Positions 61,087 through 64,000 of a stretch of DNA of 64,000 nucleotides are shown piece after piece. How positions within the stretch are numbered: position 1 is the first letter of the stretch; every line of letters begins with the position of its first letter. This DNA comes from Fistulifera solaris (Eukaryota). The position numbers and the translations under genes were made by a program. The notes below the pieces were generated by a model. It saw only the letters and a list, made by a program, of their open reading frames with translations, ran no database searches and was not told the origin of the DNA. The DNA lies in contig AP026164.1 in NCBI GenBank assembly GCA_030295235.1, positions 930,001 through 994,000 on the forward strand, written 5' to 3'.

Positions 61087-64000
61087 ATGGAAGCAGGTGC
61101 ATTTGTGTGGGCACGCGACAATGAGGGCGACGAAGCCTGGATCTTGTGCGAAGTATTGAAGAAGACGGACACCGAATTACGATTGAAACAGAAAGACAAG
61201 CCAAGCAATGAGTTCTCTCGTGGAATTGAAACTCTTAACGAGGAGACAGGGGAACGGAAATTTGAGGGAGTTGAATTAGCCAACACTCCGTTGTCGCAAG
61301 AAGAGAAAGAGGAAGGGCGAGACAATGATTTGATCGCTTTACCTCACTTGCATGAACCTGCTATCCTACATGCACTGTCGGATCGGTTCTTTCGCGGTAA
61401 AATTTACACGTGGACAGGACCGGTGTTGATTGCTGTCAATCCATTTCAACGTCTTCCTCTCTATACGGACGACATTCTCGAAGTCTACCGACGAGATGGT
61501 CTGTTGAAAGCACAGGGCATGCAAAGTGGCGATGAACTCGAGCCCCATGTCTTCGCTATTGCTGATCACTCGTATCGTCAGATGATGGGAGAAAAACGAC
61601 GATCCCAGGCCATTCTCATTTCGGGCGAATCTGGAGCTGGGAAAACCGAGTCGACCAAGATTGTCATGCTGTACTTGACCACCCTTGGATCTGGTAGCGG
61701 AGAGGTCGTGAAAGAAAACGGGGGTGATGAGAGTGGAGAGCTTTCTGTCATGCAGAGGGTTTTACAGTCCAACCCTGTACTAGAAGCCTTTGGAAATGCG
61801 AGAACCCTTCGAAACGACAACTCATCTCGTTTCGGCAAGTTCATCGAGCTTGGTTTCTCCCGAGCGGGTCATCTTCTTGGTGCTAAAGTTCAGACCTATC
61901 TTTTAGAAAAAGTTCGACTTGCCTTTCATGCTGCTGGTGAGCGAAACTATCATATCTTCTATCAGCTCTTGCGTGGTTGCTCTGAAGAAGACCATATGAA
62001 GTACGAGTTTCACGACGGTGTTACAGGAGGCTTAGATCTTCCCAACTATTTTCACTACACTGGACAAGGTGGTGCACCGCACTTGCGAGAATTCACGGAT
62101 GAGTCTGGGTTTAAATATACACTCAAAGCCATGCGAAGGCTGGGATGGTCGGAAGAAACGATTGATGCCGTGTTGTCGATCATCGCTGGCCTGTTACACC
62201 TTGGTCAAATATCGTTTGAGTCTGTAGAGGTCGATGGAGTAGAAACAGCCAAAGTCGCATCAGAGAAGACACTCGGATATGCAGCTCGTCTCCTCGGCGT
62301 GGATATTGACAAACTTCGCGCTGCTTTGACGGAACGCATCATTCTGGCACGTGACCAAGAAATCAAGACGCTTCTGACTCCTGATAAAGCCATGGATGCC
62401 CGCGATGCGTTGGCGAAGACCATTTATGGAGCACTCTTCTTATGGGTAGTAGATCAGGTGAACCAGTCGATTTGCTGGGCTGACGACAACGAAGTGCGTT
62501 CTTCGTGCGGTGTCCTAGATATCTTCGGTTTCGAATGTTTCGCTGTGAACTCCTTTGAACAGTTGTGTATCAATTACACAAACGAAGCTCTTCAACAGCA
62601 GTTCAACCAGTTTATTTTCAAACTAGAGCAAGCAGAATACGAAGCAGAGAATATCGAATGGGCTTTCATCGAATTCCCTGACAACCAAGATTGCCTCGAC
62701 ACCATTCAAGCCCCCAAAGTTGGTATCTTATCCATGCTGGACGATGAGTGCAAGTTACCCAAAGGAAGTGATCGCAACTGGGCGAAGCGAATGTATGAGC
62801 AATATCTCCCGGAGAAAAATCAAGTTGTCTCGGCAAATACAAGGTTCCACGCTACGAAGGTTCAGCAAGGTAAATCACTCTTTTGCGTCCGACATTTTGC
62901 AGGCCTTGTCACATACACTGTGGAGACGAATTTCATGGAAAAGAATAAAGATGAAATTCCGATTACTGCTCAGACTTTGCTGGAAACGGCACCAAGTCAG
63001 CTCATCAAAGATACCTACGAAATCCAAAAGCGAGAAAATATAGGTCGCGCCGATGCTGGCAGTAATGCCCGTGCAGCCAAACCCAAAACAGTTGGCCAGC
63101 AGTTCAAGGAGCAACTGACGGCCTTAATTGAAAGCGTGCAGAAAACGGACCCGCATTACATACGATGTATCAAACCCAACGATGCAGCCAAACCTCTTTT
63201 GATGACTCGGAAGCGTACAACTGAGCAACTTCGTTACGGAGGTGTTTTGGAAGCCGTCAGAGTTGCTCGAGCCGGCTACCCAGTCCGAATGGTCCATTCT
63301 GGTTTCTTCCAACGCTATCGGATGTTGCTTCCGACGACACCGGATGATGTTCTTCCTTGGAGCATGGATGGTCATGTGGCTCAAGATCTGTGCGTGAAAT
63401 TAGTTCAGATTGTGTTGGAAGACGGAAAGAAACACAGGGAGGCTACTAAAGATGGTCCGCTTGATCCCCATGAGCCTGGAATCACTCGATCGGAGAAGAT
63501 CAGGCGTATGCAAAATCAGCCTATACCAATGGCATTTCCAATAACTGATGTGCAACTAGGAAAGACCAAGGTTTTCATGCGCAAGCATCCTCACGATTGC
63601 ATGGAGGCACATCGCGTTTTTCATCAGCACGCTAGTGCTACTGTGATGCAAAGTTGGGCTAGAGGCTTGGCGCAACAACGGAAGTACCTTATCGTTGGAG
63701 ATGCTGCGCTCACCATTCAACGTTGTTACCGTGGATACAAGGGCCGTGAAAGGTATGTGACAAGATGCATTTATTGTGTCAACGGCTTTTCAAGTTTTTG
63801 TATTCTTACCCATGTCTATCTTCAGATGGTGGGACCTACGAAAAGCAGATGCTGGAATGCTGCTCACCAAGGTATTTCGTATGCTTATTTCATGGCGAAA
63901 GTTCAATCGGGTCAGAAAAGGAACTGTTCGCTTGCAAGCTCACATTCGTGGTCGCACCGTTCGTCGTGAGCAAGCTAGCATTAGAGTTCAACGATACTAT
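61087..64000 (+). CDS. Myosin heavy chain (motor plus IQ motifs), truncated by the window end; intron 63753-63825
   Basis: GESGAGKT, LEAFGNARTLRNDNSSRFGKF, LDIFGFE, NSFEQLCINYTNE, PHYIRCIKPN, QLGKTKVF. IQ motifs continue after splicing (LQAHIRGRTVR). Confidence 0.96.

Noticed and set aside
1..64000. CRISPR arrays, rRNA, tRNA, transposase or reverse transcriptase genes
   Set aside because: No repeat-spacer periodicity, rRNA signature, tRNA cloverleaf or DDE/RT motif was seen by eye. Covariance-model searches were not run.

Overview
Gene-dense eukaryotic nuclear DNA, most likely from a pennate diatom (inference). Support: short GT-AG introns of about 55-250 bp, bipartite plastid-targeting signals with ASAF-like motifs, an APS kinase-ATP sulfurylase-pyrophosphatase fusion and OvoA. 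About 30 protein-coding genes are recognisable. They include serine decarboxylase, Aquarius helicase, four mitochondrial respiratory genes (NDUFA12, CMC2, CYC1, NDUFB11), an amidohydrolase, an acyltransferase-3, ovothiol synthase OvoA and a PPR protein. Further along are a tandem array of four secreted FAD oxidases, SPB1, an HCF164-like thioredoxin, a bromodomain-ET protein, a PAPS synthase triple fusion, a PebB-like bilin reductase, a desaturase, METTL26 and a myosin cut off by the window end. Many conserved genes are split by single-base frameshifts in homopolymer runs, most likely long-read consensus errors. Best leads: (1) the PAPS synthase fusion has a spliced N-terminus resembling a type II membrane anchor, suggesting PAPS synthesis inside the secretory pathway; (2) the four-copy secreted flavin oxidase array contains a gene-conversion-like tract and an embedded hairpin; (3) OvoA carries a mitochondrial-like presequence. 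No rRNA, tRNA, CRISPR array or autonomous transposon was recognised. All calls come from reading motifs by eye; no database searches were run.
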